64,000 bases of DNA, from contig DASUKH010000133.1 of assembly GCA_036278835.1 (NCBI GenBank), forward strand, positions 3,273-67,272. Direction: 5' to 3'. The notes beneath the pieces are model-generated. The model searched no databases, was not told where the DNA came from, and saw only the letters and a list, made by a program, of their open reading frames with translations. Shown one piece after another: positions 19,584-29,400 of this stretch (position 1 is the stretch's first letter; every line of letters starts with the position of its first letter). Origin of the DNA: Stellaceae bacterium. GTDB taxonomy: Bacteria > Pseudomonadota > Alphaproteobacteria > ATCC43930 > CGMCC-115725. Both the position numbers and the translations under genes were made by a program.

Positions 19584-20882
19584 TTAAGCTCGCGCCCGAG
19601 CGGGGGCGGCGGCCACCGCCGCGATGAAGCGGTCGACGGCGGTGAAATGGTCCGGCCAGCGCGGCGCCGACCATCCCGCCAGCCGCGCCATCTGGGCGGC
19701 GCGGCGGGGCGATTGCGGCGCCGCATAGTCGAGGACAGCCGCGCGCCAGCCCGGCCCGTCGAGCGGATCGAGGAATTCCGGCACCCCGCCGCCGGTCTCC
19801 CGCAACGCCGGAATATCGCTGCACAAGGCCGGAACCCCGAGTTGCAGCGCCTCGACGACCGGGAACCCGAAACCTTCGGCGAAGGAGGGCAGCAACAGCG
19901 CCCGCGCCCCCTTCAGCAGCCGCACCATGTCGCCGTCCGGCAGGTTGGCATGCTCGATGACGCAGCCGCGCAGGGCCGGGCAGCGGTCGAGCAGGTCGAT
20001 GGCACTCTCGGCCTCCCAGCCGCGCTGCCCGATCAGCACCAGGATCGGCGCCCGCTCGCCCAGTTCGGCGGCAAGCCGACGCCAGAGCAGCAGCAGCAGC
20101 AGATGGTTTTTGCGCGCCTCGATGGTGCCGACATAGACGAAGTAGGGTCGCGCGTAGGGCGGCGTGCCGTCAACGTCGGCCGCGGGCAGATCGGCGCCGA
20201 ATGGTGCGACGAGCACCGGCGGGGCACGGCCGGCCCGATCGAGATGCGGCTGCAAGCCGGCGGCGGTGGCGGCCGAATTGACGATCATCCCATCGGCGAA
20301 GCGAACCGCCGCCGCGATCCGGCGGCCATGATTTTCGGCCTGCCCCGGCTTCGCGTATTCGGGAAACTCGATCGGGATCAGGTCGTGAATCAGGAACACG
20401 AAGCGGGCGGCGCTGCGCTCGCGCAAACGGGCGAACAACCCATGCTTTTCAAGATGATGGTGCGACACCAGCAGATAAAGCGGGCGTGTCGTAGGGTCGG
20501 CGAGCCGTACCCGCACGGCGCGCTCGCCCACGCTCATCAGGGCAAGGCGCGCCTGCCACGCGATCCGCCTTACCTCGCGATCCTGCCGGGCCGGATCGCC
20601 GGTCCCGCGCCATGCCGCGCCGATCGCCTCGACAAAGCGCGCCGCGGTTTCGCGCCGCAGCAACCCCAGCCGGCCGCCCGCGGTCGTAGCGACAAAAAAG
20701 CCGTTCCGCTCCCCGCGGAGAAAGTGCTCGGCATAGGCGAATTCGACCCGATCGATGCCGGTCGGCGTCGCCCGCCCGGCGCGCGACAGCAGCCGCGACA
20801 GGTCGAGGGCGACCGTCGCCGCGGCCGGTCCGGCGGCCGCGAACGATCGAGGCGCGGGCGCTCCTGTCTCGAATTTGCCCAT
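19584..20882 (-). CDS. glycosyltransferase family 1/4
   Basis: YVGTIEARKNH, LLLPSFAEGFGFPVVEALQLGVPALCSD (E-x7-E motif). Start set to the ATG at 20882 (MGKFETGAP). Convergent with the AONS-like gene. Confidence 0.8.
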   Translation of the reverse strand: MGKFETGAPAPRSFAAAGPAAATVALDLSRLLSRAGRATPTGIDRVEFAYAEHFLRGERNGFFVATTAGGRLGLLRRETAARFVEAIGAAWRGTGDPARQDREVRRIAWQARLALMSVGERAVRVRLADPTTRPLYLLVSHHHLEKHGLFARLRERSAARFVFLIHDLIPIEFPEYAKPGQAENHGRRIAAAVRFADGMIVNSAATAAGLQPHLDRAGRAPPVLVAPFGADLPAADVDGTPPYARPYFVYVGTIEARKNHLLLLLLWRRLAAELGERAPILVLIGQRGWEAESAIDLLDRCPALRGCVIEHANLPDGDMVRLLKGARALLLPSFAEGFGFPVVEALQLGVPALCSDIPALRETGGGVPEFLDPLDGPGWRAAVLDYAAPQSPRRAAQMARLAGWSAPRWPDHFTAVDRFIAAVAAAPARARA

Positions 20883-21033
20883 CACCTTTTTAGCCGCTTC
20901 CCCGCAAGACCCCGACGTCGCAAGGCCCGGACCATAATACGATGAGCCGGCCGAGTCCGGACGGGTCGGCGAGCGATTGCATCCCCGGTCCGGCGATGAC
21001 ATCGTTCGCCCGACCAAGCGTGGGAGGACGCAG

Positions 21034-21732
21034 ATGCTGGAAGTGTGGAGCTGGCCGACCCCAAACGGCCACAAGGTGCATATCGCGCTCGAAGAGCTCG
21101 GCCTCGAATACAAGGTCATCCCGGTCAATATCGGCACCGGCGACCAGTTCAAGCCGGAATTCCTCAAGATCACCCCGAACCACCGCATCCCGGCGATCGT
21201 CGACCCCGACGGACCGGGCGGCAGGAAATTCACGCTGTTCGAATCCGCGGCGATCCTGATCTACCTGTCGGAGAAGACCGGGGGAAAGCTCATTCCGAAA
21301 GACCCGATCGGCCGCTACAAATGCCTCGAATGGATGATGTTCCAGATGGGCGGCGTCGGCCCGATGTTCGGCCAGTGGAACCATTTCGCGGCGTACGCCA
21401 AGGAGAAGCTGCCCTACGCGATCGAGCGCTACACCAACGAGGTAAAGCGGCTGCACCGGGTCCTGAACCATCGTCTCGAAGAGGCGCACTGGCTGGCCGG
21501 CGACGAATACAGCATGGCCGACATCATCACCTTCCCGTGGATCCGCAACCCCGAGCGGCGCGGCATTGACCTCAACGACTATCCCGGGGTCAAACGCTGG
21601 CACGACGAGATGGCGGCGCGCCCGGCCGTCCAGCGCGGGGTCGCGGTCCTGGCCGATCGCCAGCGCCAGGGTTCGATTACCGACCAGGAGCGCGAAAACA
21701 TGTTCGGCGCGACGCAATTCGCGGCACGCTGA
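21034..21732 (+). CDS. glutathione S-transferase, Nu-class (YfcG/YghU-like)
   Basis: MLEVWSWPTPNGHKVHIALEELGLEY, NHRIPAIVD, FESAAILIYL. ATG at 21034 preceded by GGGAGGA. Confidence 0.85.
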   Translation: MLEVWSWPTPNGHKVHIALEELGLEYKVIPVNIGTGDQFKPEFLKITPNHRIPAIVDPDGPGGRKFTLFESAAILIYLSEKTGGKLIPKDPIGRYKCLEWMMFQMGGVGPMFGQWNHFAAYAKEKLPYAIERYTNEVKRLHRVLNHRLEEAHWLAGDEYSMADIITFPWIRNPERRGIDLNDYPGVKRWHDEMAARPAVQRGVAVLADRQRQGSITDQERENMFGATQFAAR

Positions 21733-21763
21733 TCTTGAGCCGCGACCCGCACGCAAACCGCCG

Positions 21764-21803
21764 GTCATTCCGGGTTCCGCCCTGCGGGCGGCCCCGGAAT
21801 GAC
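21764..21803. repeat. hairpin repeat GTCATTCCGGG...CCCCGGAATGAC
   Basis: Inverted repeat read directly. Same termini as the 33556-33650 element. Sits just downstream of the GST stop, so it may act as a terminator-like hairpin. Confidence 0.8.
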
Positions 21804-21839
21804 GGCATTTATCCAGGCTGACAACAGGCGAGTAACGCG

Positions 21840-22700
21840 ATGCCGCAGGAAAAAATCGGAGTTGTCGGGGCCGGGTTGATGGGGGCGGAGATCGCGCTGG
21901 TTTTCGCGCTGGCCGGGCATGACGTGCTGCTTTCGGATCGCTCCGAGGACCTGCTGACGGCGGCGCGCGCCCGGCTCGGAACGATCCTCGATCGCGGCAT
22001 CCCGCGCGGCTTCTTCAAGGCCGAGGACAAGGAACCGGCGCTCACGCGCATTCGCACCACGGTTTCGCTCGATTCCTTCGCCGACCGCGATTTCGTCACC
22101 GAGGCCGTATTCGAGGACGAGGCGGTCAAGGCCGAGATCTACCGCACCCTGGACAGAGTCTGCGCCCCCGCCTGCATCCTCGCCAGCAACACCTCGACGA
22201 TCCCGATCTCGACCCTCGCCTCCTATGTCGGCGCCGAGCGGCGGCCGCATTTCGTCGGCACGCATTATTTCTCGCCGGCCTCGCGGATGAAGCTGGTCGA
22301 GGTCATTCCCGCCTTCGATACCGCGCCCGCGACAGTCGAAACGGCGTTGCGGCTGATGCGCGAGGCCGGCAAGACGCCGATCCCTGTAAGGGACGTCGCC
22401 GGTTTCGCGGTCAACCGCATGTTCCTCATCTTCCTCGCCGAGGCGGTGCGCCTCGTCGAGGATGGCGTCGCCAGCCCGGAAGACATCGACACCGCCTGCA
22501 AGCTCGGCCTCGGCCACCCGATGGGTCCCTTCGAGCTGATGGACGCGGTCAGCTCGAAACTGACCTTGCAGACGCTCGACATCCTGCACGATGCCTATGG
22601 CGAGCGCTTTCGCCCGCCCGCGCTTTTGAAGCAGCGGGTGCGTGCCGGCCTGGTCGGCGGCCGCGGCAACCGGGGCTGGCACGACAAGGGCAAGGGCTGA
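21840..22700 (+). CDS. 3-hydroxyacyl-CoA / 3-hydroxybutyryl-CoA dehydrogenase
   Basis: KIGVVGAGLMGAEIA Rossmann motif, NTSTIPIS, GTHYFSPA, GFAVNRM, GLGHPMGPFELMD. Confidence 0.9.
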   Translation: MPQEKIGVVGAGLMGAEIALVFALAGHDVLLSDRSEDLLTAARARLGTILDRGIPRGFFKAEDKEPALTRIRTTVSLDSFADRDFVTEAVFEDEAVKAEIYRTLDRVCAPACILASNTSTIPISTLASYVGAERRPHFVGTHYFSPASRMKLVEVIPAFDTAPATVETALRLMREAGKTPIPVRDVAGFAVNRMFLIFLAEAVRLVEDGVASPEDIDTACKLGLGHPMGPFELMDAVSSKLTLQTLDILHDAYGERFRPPALLKQRVRAGLVGGRGNRGWHDKGKG

Positions 22701-22706
22701 GGCGCG

Positions 22707-24812
22707 ATGCCACCCCGCTGGCGCGCCGGGGTCGATATCGGCGGCACCTTTACCGACATCGCCCTGATCGGCGAGGGCGGCGAGCGCTACACAAAAAAGG
22801 TTTCATCGACGGTCGACGACTACGCGCGCGCGATCGTCGAGGGGCTGGCGGCGCTGCTCGCCGAGGTCGGCGCCCTTCCCGCCGATATCGCCGAGATATT
22901 GCACGGCACGACGGTCGCTTCGAATGCAATCCTCGAGCACAAGGGCGCGAAGACCGGCCTGATCACCACCAAGGGCTTTCGCGACGTGCTCGAAATCCGC
23001 AATCTGCGGATGCCGCGACTCTACGACATGTCGTGGACCAAGCCGCCGCCATTGGTCGAGCGCCGGCTGCGGGTTGAGGTCGATGAACGGGTCAACGCGC
23101 AAGGCGGCATCGATCGGCCACTCGACGAGGCGAGCGCCGAGCGTGCGGTGCGGTTCCTCGTCGGCGAGGGGGTCGAGGCGATCGCGATCTGCTTTCTGCA
23201 CTCCTACCTCAACCCGGCGCACGAGCAGCGGGTGCACGAGATCGCCGCCCGCCTCGCGCCCGACACGATCCTTTGCACCAGCGCCGAGGTGCTGCCGGTC
23301 ATCAACGAATACGAGCGGACATCCACGACGGTCATCAACGCTTATGTCCGGCCGACGGTCGAACGCTACCTGAACCGGCTGATCTCCGAATTGACGCGCG
23401 GCGGGATCGCGGCCCCGCTCCTTCTGATGCAATCGAATGGCGGGCTGACGACGGCGAAGGCGGCGGCGGCGGTGCCGATGCACATCATCGAATCGGGGCC
23501 GGCGGCCGGGGTCGTCGGGGTGCAGACGCTGACCCGCCGCATCGGCATCGGCAAGGCAATCTCGTTCGACATGGGCGGAACGACCGCGAAGGCCTCGCTG
23601 ATCGAGAATGGCGAGGTGACCCGCGCCACCGAGTACCAGGTCGGCGCCGGCATCGTGCTTGGCTCGCGGCTGCTGTCGGGCGCCGGCTACACCTTGAAAG
23701 TGCCGGCGATCGATCTCGCCGAGGTCGGCGCCGGCGGCGGCTCGATCCTGTGGGTCGATGCCGGCGGCGCCTTGCAGGTCGGGCCGCACAGCGCCGGCGC
23801 GGTGCCGGGGCCGGTCTGCTACGGCAAAGGCGGCAGCGAGCCGACCGTCACCGACGCCAACCTCGCGCTCGGCTATCTCAACCCGCATCACCTGGTCGGC
23901 GGCGCGGTGCCGCTGGACGCCGGCCGGGCTGCGGCGGCGATCGCCGAGCGCATCGCGGGGCCCTTGGGCATGAGCCTCGAACAGGCGGCTTACGGCGCCC
24001 ACCTGATCGCCGCCTCCAACATGATCCGCGCCCTCAAAGCCGTATCGAGCGAGCGCGGCCGCGACCCGCGGCAATACGCGCTGGTCGGGTTCGGCGGCAA
24101 CGGCCCGCTATTCGCCGCCGGCATGGCCGAGGCTCTGCATATCCCGAATGTGCTGATCCCGCCGCTGGCCGGGGTGTTCTCGTCATTTGGCCTGCTTCAT
24201 GCCGAGGTCGAGTATTTCTTCACCCGCACCCGCAAAGCGCTGCTGCGCGACGCCGACCCGGCATCATTGCAGGCGACGATCGCCGCACTCGAAGGCGAGG
24301 CGAGGGCGCGGCTTGCCGAAGACGGGTTCGCCCTCGGCCGGATCGAAATCCGGCGCAGCGCCAGCCTGCATTACCAGGGCCAATCCTTCGAATTGTGCGT
24401 GCCGCTGGCAGGCGGACAGTTCGACCGGGGCGCATTGCGGGAACTCGAGGAAGCGTTCGGCGCCGAGCACGAGCGCACCTACGGCCACCGCGCCGGCACC
24501 GGGGAGCCCGTCGAACTGGTCAGCCTCGAAGTCGTCGGGCGCGGCATCGGCGACCAGCCGCGCGGCGAGGCGCCCGCCGCCGCCCGCTTCGCCCCAGACC
24601 TCGCGATCGCCGAACCGCAGCGCCGCGCCTATTTCGGCCCCGACCGCGGCTGGCTGGACGCGCGGATCGTCAACCGCAGCGAACTCGGAACGCCACACCA
24701 AGGCCCCTGTATCGTCGAGGAATACGACTCAACCTGTCTCGTCCCGCCCGGTTGGATCGCCCGCCTCGACCCGCACGGCAATATCGCGATGCACCGCACA
24801 AGCCCCGCATAA
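22707..24812 (+). CDS. hydantoinase/oxoprolinase family protein, A (HyuA-like) subunit
   Basis: VDIGGTFTDIAL, TTVASNAILE, SFDMGGTTAK, GPAAGV motifs. Starts 6 nt after the dehydrogenase stop. Confidence 0.85.
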   Translation: MPPRWRAGVDIGGTFTDIALIGEGGERYTKKVSSTVDDYARAIVEGLAALLAEVGALPADIAEILHGTTVASNAILEHKGAKTGLITTKGFRDVLEIRNLRMPRLYDMSWTKPPPLVERRLRVEVDERVNAQGGIDRPLDEASAERAVRFLVGEGVEAIAICFLHSYLNPAHEQRVHEIAARLAPDTILCTSAEVLPVINEYERTSTTVINAYVRPTVERYLNRLISELTRGGIAAPLLLMQSNGGLTTAKAAAAVPMHIIESGPAAGVVGVQTLTRRIGIGKAISFDMGGTTAKASLIENGEVTRATEYQVGAGIVLGSRLLSGAGYTLKVPAIDLAEVGAGGGSILWVDAGGALQVGPHSAGAVPGPVCYGKGGSEPTVTDANLALGYLNPHHLVGGAVPLDAGRAAAAIAERIAGPLGMSLEQAAYGAHLIAASNMIRALKAVSSERGRDPRQYALVGFGGNGPLFAAGMAEALHIPNVLIPPLAGVFSSFGLLHAEVEYFFTRTRKALLRDADPASLQATIAALEGEARARLAEDGFALGRIEIRRSASLHYQGQSFELCVPLAGGQFDRGALRELEEAFGAEHERTYGHRAGTGEPVELVSLEVVGRGIGDQPRGEAPAAARFAPDLAIAEPQRRAYFGPDRGWLDARIVNRSELGTPHQGPCIVEEYDSTCLVPPGWIARLDPHGNIAMHRTSPA

Positions 24813-24862
24813 GGCGCCTCGCGGCTCCACCCGGCGATGCACAAGCCCGGCCAGAGCAAAGT

Positions 24863-24993
24863 CCGTTCAAATGGAACGGTCGCCCTTGGCCGGGCTTGAC
24901 CCGGCCATCCACGTCTTATCAGGCGGCGGAAGGCGTAGACCCGCGGATCAAGTCCGCGGGCGGGGAGCATCCGATGGTCTGACTTGATCGGAT
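24863..24993. repeat. cluster of four short hairpin repeats
   Basis: CCGTTC-aaatg-GAACGG (24863-79); GGCCGGG-CTTGA-CCCGGCC (24888-906); CCCGCGGA-TCAAG-TCCGCGGG (24940-60), whose loop is the reverse complement of the previous one; ATCCGAT..ATCGGAT (about 24969-93). Confidence 0.75.
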
Positions 24994-25039
24994 ACCGCGC
25001 CAGGGCGCGCGGGCAATCCCGGATGCCGCCGCGCAACCC

Positions 25040-25073
25040 AAAAAAGAACCGCCGCGTGCAACCGCGGCGGTTC
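25040..25073 (-). terminator. rho-independent terminator of the OmpA-like gene
   Basis: 11-bp perfect stem GAACCGCCGCG / CGCGGCGGTTC (25046-56 / 25063-73) with a 6-nt loop. On the minus strand it is followed by a T6 run (A6 at 25040-45). Lies 45 bp downstream of the stop at 25118. Confidence 0.8.
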
Positions 25074-25117
25074 CAGGGGCCGGGGCCACGAAGACCCCGG
25101 CGGTCGTGGAGTTACGT

Positions 25118-26182
25118 TTACGGGAAGACGATCTCGACCCGGCGGTTCTGCGGTTCGCGCACGCCCTGCGCCGTCGGCACGCGCGGATCGTTCTCGCCGC
25201 GGCCGCTGACGGCCATCTCGTTGCGCGGCACGCCGGAGCGGATCAGAGCCACCGCAACGTTGTTGGCGCGACGCTCGGAGAGCCGCTGGTTATAACCAGC
25301 CGAACCCGACAGGTCGGTATAGCCGGTGACCTGGATCTGGACCGGCGCGCCGGAACGCCAGGCGGCGGCGGCCTGCTGCACGACCTGCATGCCCTCAGGC
25401 GTGATCGTCGCCTTGTCCCAGTCGAAGAAGACCAGGAACACCTTGCGCACGACCGGCGGCGGGGCCGGCGGGGCCGGCGGCGCAGCGACCGGCGGCGGCG
25501 GGGGCGGCGGCGCCGCACCGAACTTCACGATGAAGCTCGCCAGGACGCTGTGCGAGGAATACTCGGATTTGTAGCTGCCGAGACTCGCCGCGACGCCGCG
25601 GAAATTGAAGGTCGGGTCGGTCGTTCCGAGGTAGCGGTAGTCGATATCGAATGCCAGGGACGGGTTGACGTTGTAGCGGATACCGGCAATCCCCTGATAC
25701 CCGAGCTCCCAGTCGGTCCCGCCGCTGATCGTGCCGAGGCCCGGCACGTTGATGCTGTCACGCAACTCGACCGCGCCGACGCCGACGCCGACATGCGGCG
25801 TGATCGGGATCGACAGGCCCGGGAACGTGAAATTGTAGATCGCATTCGTCATGAAGGCATACGCGCTGCGAATGCCGCTCACTCCGACTGCGCCGAGGCC
25901 GTTGATGTCATTCTTCTGCCAACGGAACTCTTCTTCGATGCTCAGCGGCCCGAACTCGTAACCGAGCCGCGCGCCGACGTTAAAGCCATCGTTGAATTTT
26001 TCGGTGGCTTTGAGCCCGGCGGTGCGAGCGGTCGCATTGTCGAGATGCGTCCAGCCGCCTTCACCACCGAAATAGACATGGCCCGGCCCGCCGGGCAGCC
26101 CGAACAGCTGCGCCTGCGCATTCGCCCAGCCGAACGTCATGGCGAGCGCAACGCCGGCGCCGAGCAGATAGCGATTTCTCAT
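25118..26182 (-). CDS. outer-membrane protein: N-terminal beta-barrel, Pro-rich linker, C-terminal OmpA (peptidoglycan-binding) domain
   Basis: Signal peptide MRNRYLLGAGVALAMTFGWANAQA; alternating aromatic barrel strands; APPPPPPPVAAPPAPPAPPPV linker; TGYTDLSGSAGYNQRLSERRANNV..NRRVEIVF. Confidence 0.9.
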   Translation of the reverse strand: MRNRYLLGAGVALAMTFGWANAQAQLFGLPGGPGHVYFGGEGGWTHLDNATARTAGLKATEKFNDGFNVGARLGYEFGPLSIEEEFRWQKNDINGLGAVGVSGIRSAYAFMTNAIYNFTFPGLSIPITPHVGVGVGAVELRDSINVPGLGTISGGTDWELGYQGIAGIRYNVNPSLAFDIDYRYLGTTDPTFNFRGVAASLGSYKSEYSSHSVLASFIVKFGAAPPPPPPPVAAPPAPPAPPPVVRKVFLVFFDWDKATITPEGMQVVQQAAAAWRSGAPVQIQVTGYTDLSGSAGYNQRLSERRANNVAVALIRSGVPRNEMAVSGRGENDPRVPTAQGVREPQNRRVEIVFP

Positions 26183-26411
26183 CCCCTTACCTCCGGCCGC
26201 AAATACGCGTGCTACGATGGTTGCGTCACCATCGTTGCGCCCATGATTACCATCGACTTTTACGATGGCAATGGGATTTTAGCTCGCCAGGGTGGTTAAT
26301 TGGCTCGCGGGGCAAGATCGCAGCCGGTAGCGGCATCCGCGCAACAGTTTGCTCGTAAACGAGCGAATCTCAGCGGTCGCGCGAGGCATTTGAGCAACAC
26401 CTCGGATTTTG

Positions 26412-29400
26412 TCAGTCCTCGGCGTCTGCCAGCGACAAGAGGGTGGCGTTGCCGCCGGCCGCGGTGAGGTCGGCTGAGACGGTGCGCTCGGTGGCAAAGC
26501 GAGGCAGATAGCGCGGCCCGCCGGCTTTTGGCCCGGTCCCGGAGAGCCGCTCGCCGCCGAATGGCTGGGCGCCGACCACGGCCCCGATCATGTTGCGGTT
26601 GACGTAAGCGTTGCCGACCCCGAGGCGGCCGAGGACATGGCGGGTCATATCGTCGATGCGGCTTTGGATGCCGAGCGTCAGCCCGTAGCCGGTCGCCGCG
26701 ATCTCGTCGATGACCGCGTCGAGCCGGTCGGCCGGCCAGCGCACGACGTGCAGGATCGGGCCGAACACCTCGCGCTCAAGGCGTCGCGCCGAATCGATCT
26801 CAAAGGCGCGCGGCGCAAAAAAGGTGCCGTGCCCGGTGCCGGCCGGCAGCTTGCATTCGTACTGGAGCGCGCCTTCGCGCGCCATCCGGTCGGCATGAAG
26901 CTGCAACGCGCGCCGCGCCTCCTCGTCAATGACCGGGCCGACGTCCGTTTCGAGCAGGGCCGGGTCGCCGATCCGCAGCTCGGCCATGGCGCCCGTCAGC
27001 ATCGTCAGCAGCCGTTCGGCGATATCGCTCTGGATATAGAGCAGGCGCAATGCCGAGCAGCGCTGGCCGGCGCTGTCGAAGGCCGAAATCAGCACGTCTG
27101 CCACGACCTGCTCGGGCAAGGCCGACGAATCGACGATCATCGCGTTCTGCCCGCCGGTCTCGGCGATCAGCGGCACGATCGGCCCGATGCGCTGCGCCAG
27201 CGACAGGTTGATCGCGCGCGCCGTTTCGGTCGAGCCGGTGAACGCCACCCCGGCGATTCGCGGGTCGGCGACCAGCGCCGCGCCGACCGCGCCGCCGCCC
27301 GGCAGCAGATGCAGGACATCGCCTGGAATCCCCGCCTTCAGCAGGAGACGCACCGCGGCGGCCGCCATCAGTGGGGTCTGCTCGGCCGGCTTGGCGATCG
27401 CCGCGTTGCCGGCGGCGAGCGCCGCCGCGACCTGGCCGGTGAAGATCGCCAGCGGAAAATTCCACGGCGAGATGCAGGCGAAGACGCCACGCCCGTCGAG
27501 CGCCAATTGGTTGCGCTCGCCGGTCGGGCCGGGCAAGACCTCCGGACGGGCGAAATCGGCGCGCGCCCGGGCCGCGTAATAGCGCAGGAAATCGCACGCC
27601 TCGCGTACCTCCGACAGGGCGGCCGGCAGGGTGCGGCCCCCCTCGCGGACGATCACCGCCATCAGCTCGGCGCGTTCCTGTTCGAACAGGTCGGCGGCGG
27701 TTTCGAGGATCGCGGCGCGGGCTTCGGCCGGGGTGCGATTCCAGGCGGGGGCCGCGGCATCGGCGCGCCGCAGCGCCTCCGTAATGTCTTGCGGCCGGGC
27801 TTCGGCGACGGTGCCGATCTGCCGCCGGCGGTCGCCCGGATCGAACACCGCCGCACCATCGCCCGCCTGTTCGACGCCGCCGACGATCGGCGCGGCCCGC
27901 CAAGGCCGGCGCACCGCCTCGGCCAACCCGCCGCGCAGCGCCGCCAGGGTGCGCGGTTGGGCGAGGTCGAGGCCTCGCGAATTGCGCCGCACCGGCTGGA
28001 ACAGGTCGCGCGGCAGCGGGATTTTCGGGTGCGGCTTTTCCGGCAGGCGGGCAAGGGCGGCGATGGGATCGGCGACGATCTCGTCGATCGGCGCCCGCTC
28101 GTCGACGATGCGGTTGACGAAGGAGGTGTTGGCGCCGTTTTCGAGGAGGCGGCGCACCAGGTACGCGAGCAGGTCCTCGTGGCTGCCGACCGGCGCGTAG
28201 ATGCGGCACGGCCGGTCGAGGCCGCCCTCGCCGACCACCTGGTCGTAAAGCGCCTCGCCCATGCCGTGGAGGCGCTGGAATTCCCAGTCGCTGCGTCCGC
28301 CGGCCAGTTCCAGCACGGCCGCCAGGGTATGCGCATTGTGAGTCGCGAATTGCGGGTAGAGGACCGGGCCGGCGGCGAGCATCCGCTTCGCACAGGCGAG
28401 ATAGGAAACGTCGGTCGCGACCTTGCGGGTGAATACCGGATAGGCATCGACGCCGCGTTCCTGCGCCCGCTTGATCTCGCTGTCCCAATAGGCGCCCTTG
28501 ACGAGCCGCACCATCAGCCGCCGCCGCGCCCGCCCCGCCAGATCGGCGAGCCAGTCGACGAGCGGCAAGGCGCGCTTCTGATAGGCCTGCACCGCGAGGC
28601 CGAGCCCGTCCCAGCCGGCCAATTCGGGGGCGAGCGCCAAGGCCTCGACCAAATCGAGCGACAATTCCAGGCGATCGGCCTCCTCGGCGTCGATTGTGAA
28701 GCCGATCCCGGCATCGCGCGCCTGCCGCGCCAGCGCGGCGAGAGCCGGCAGCAATTCGCGCATAATGCGGCCGTGCTGCGCCATCTCGTAGCGCGGGTGG
28801 AGCGCCGATAATTTGACCGAAATGCCGGGCGCATCCGACACCGGCCGGCCGGCCGCCGCCTTGCCGATTGCGGCGATCGCATCGGCGTAGGCGGTACGGT
28901 AGCGCTCGGCGTCGGCCATCGTGCGCGCCGCCTCGCCGAGCATGTCGTAGGAATGGCGATAACCCTGCCGCTCGGCGGCGCGGGCCCGGCCCAGCGCCTC
29001 CGCGATCGTGCGGCCGAGGACGAACTGGTCGGCGAGGATGCGCATCGCTGCGGTCACCGCCTGCCGCCACACCGGCTCGCTCGATCGCGCGATCAGACTG
29101 CGCAGCGCGCTGCCGAGATCGGCTTCGCCGCGATCCGCGCGCAACAGCCTGCCGGTCAGCATCAAGGCCCAGGTCGAGGCGTTGACGAACAACGAGCCGG
29201 AGCGGCCGATATGGTGCTGCCAATCGCCGTCGCCGAGCTTGTCGCGGATCAGCCGGTCGACGGTCTCGGCGTCGGGGATGCGCAATAGCGCCTCGGCGAG
29301 GCACATCAGCGCCACCCCTTCGGGCGAGGACAGCGCGTATTCCTGCAGGAAGGCGTCGAGACCGCCCTTGCCGAGCCGCTCGCGGCGCAGTTTGGCGACG

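Noticed and set aside
25440-25510. GC-rich low-complexity tract (GGCGGCGGGGCCGGCGG...) as a repeat element.
   Set aside because: It encodes the poly-Pro/Ala linker (APPPPPPPVAAPPAPPAPPPV) of the OmpA-like protein. This is ordinary linker low complexity.
26637-29304. 724-aa (+) and 792-aa (-) ORFs overlapping putA.
   Set aside because: Shadow ORFs. Only the 26412..29795 frame shows the PRODH and ALDH motifs.
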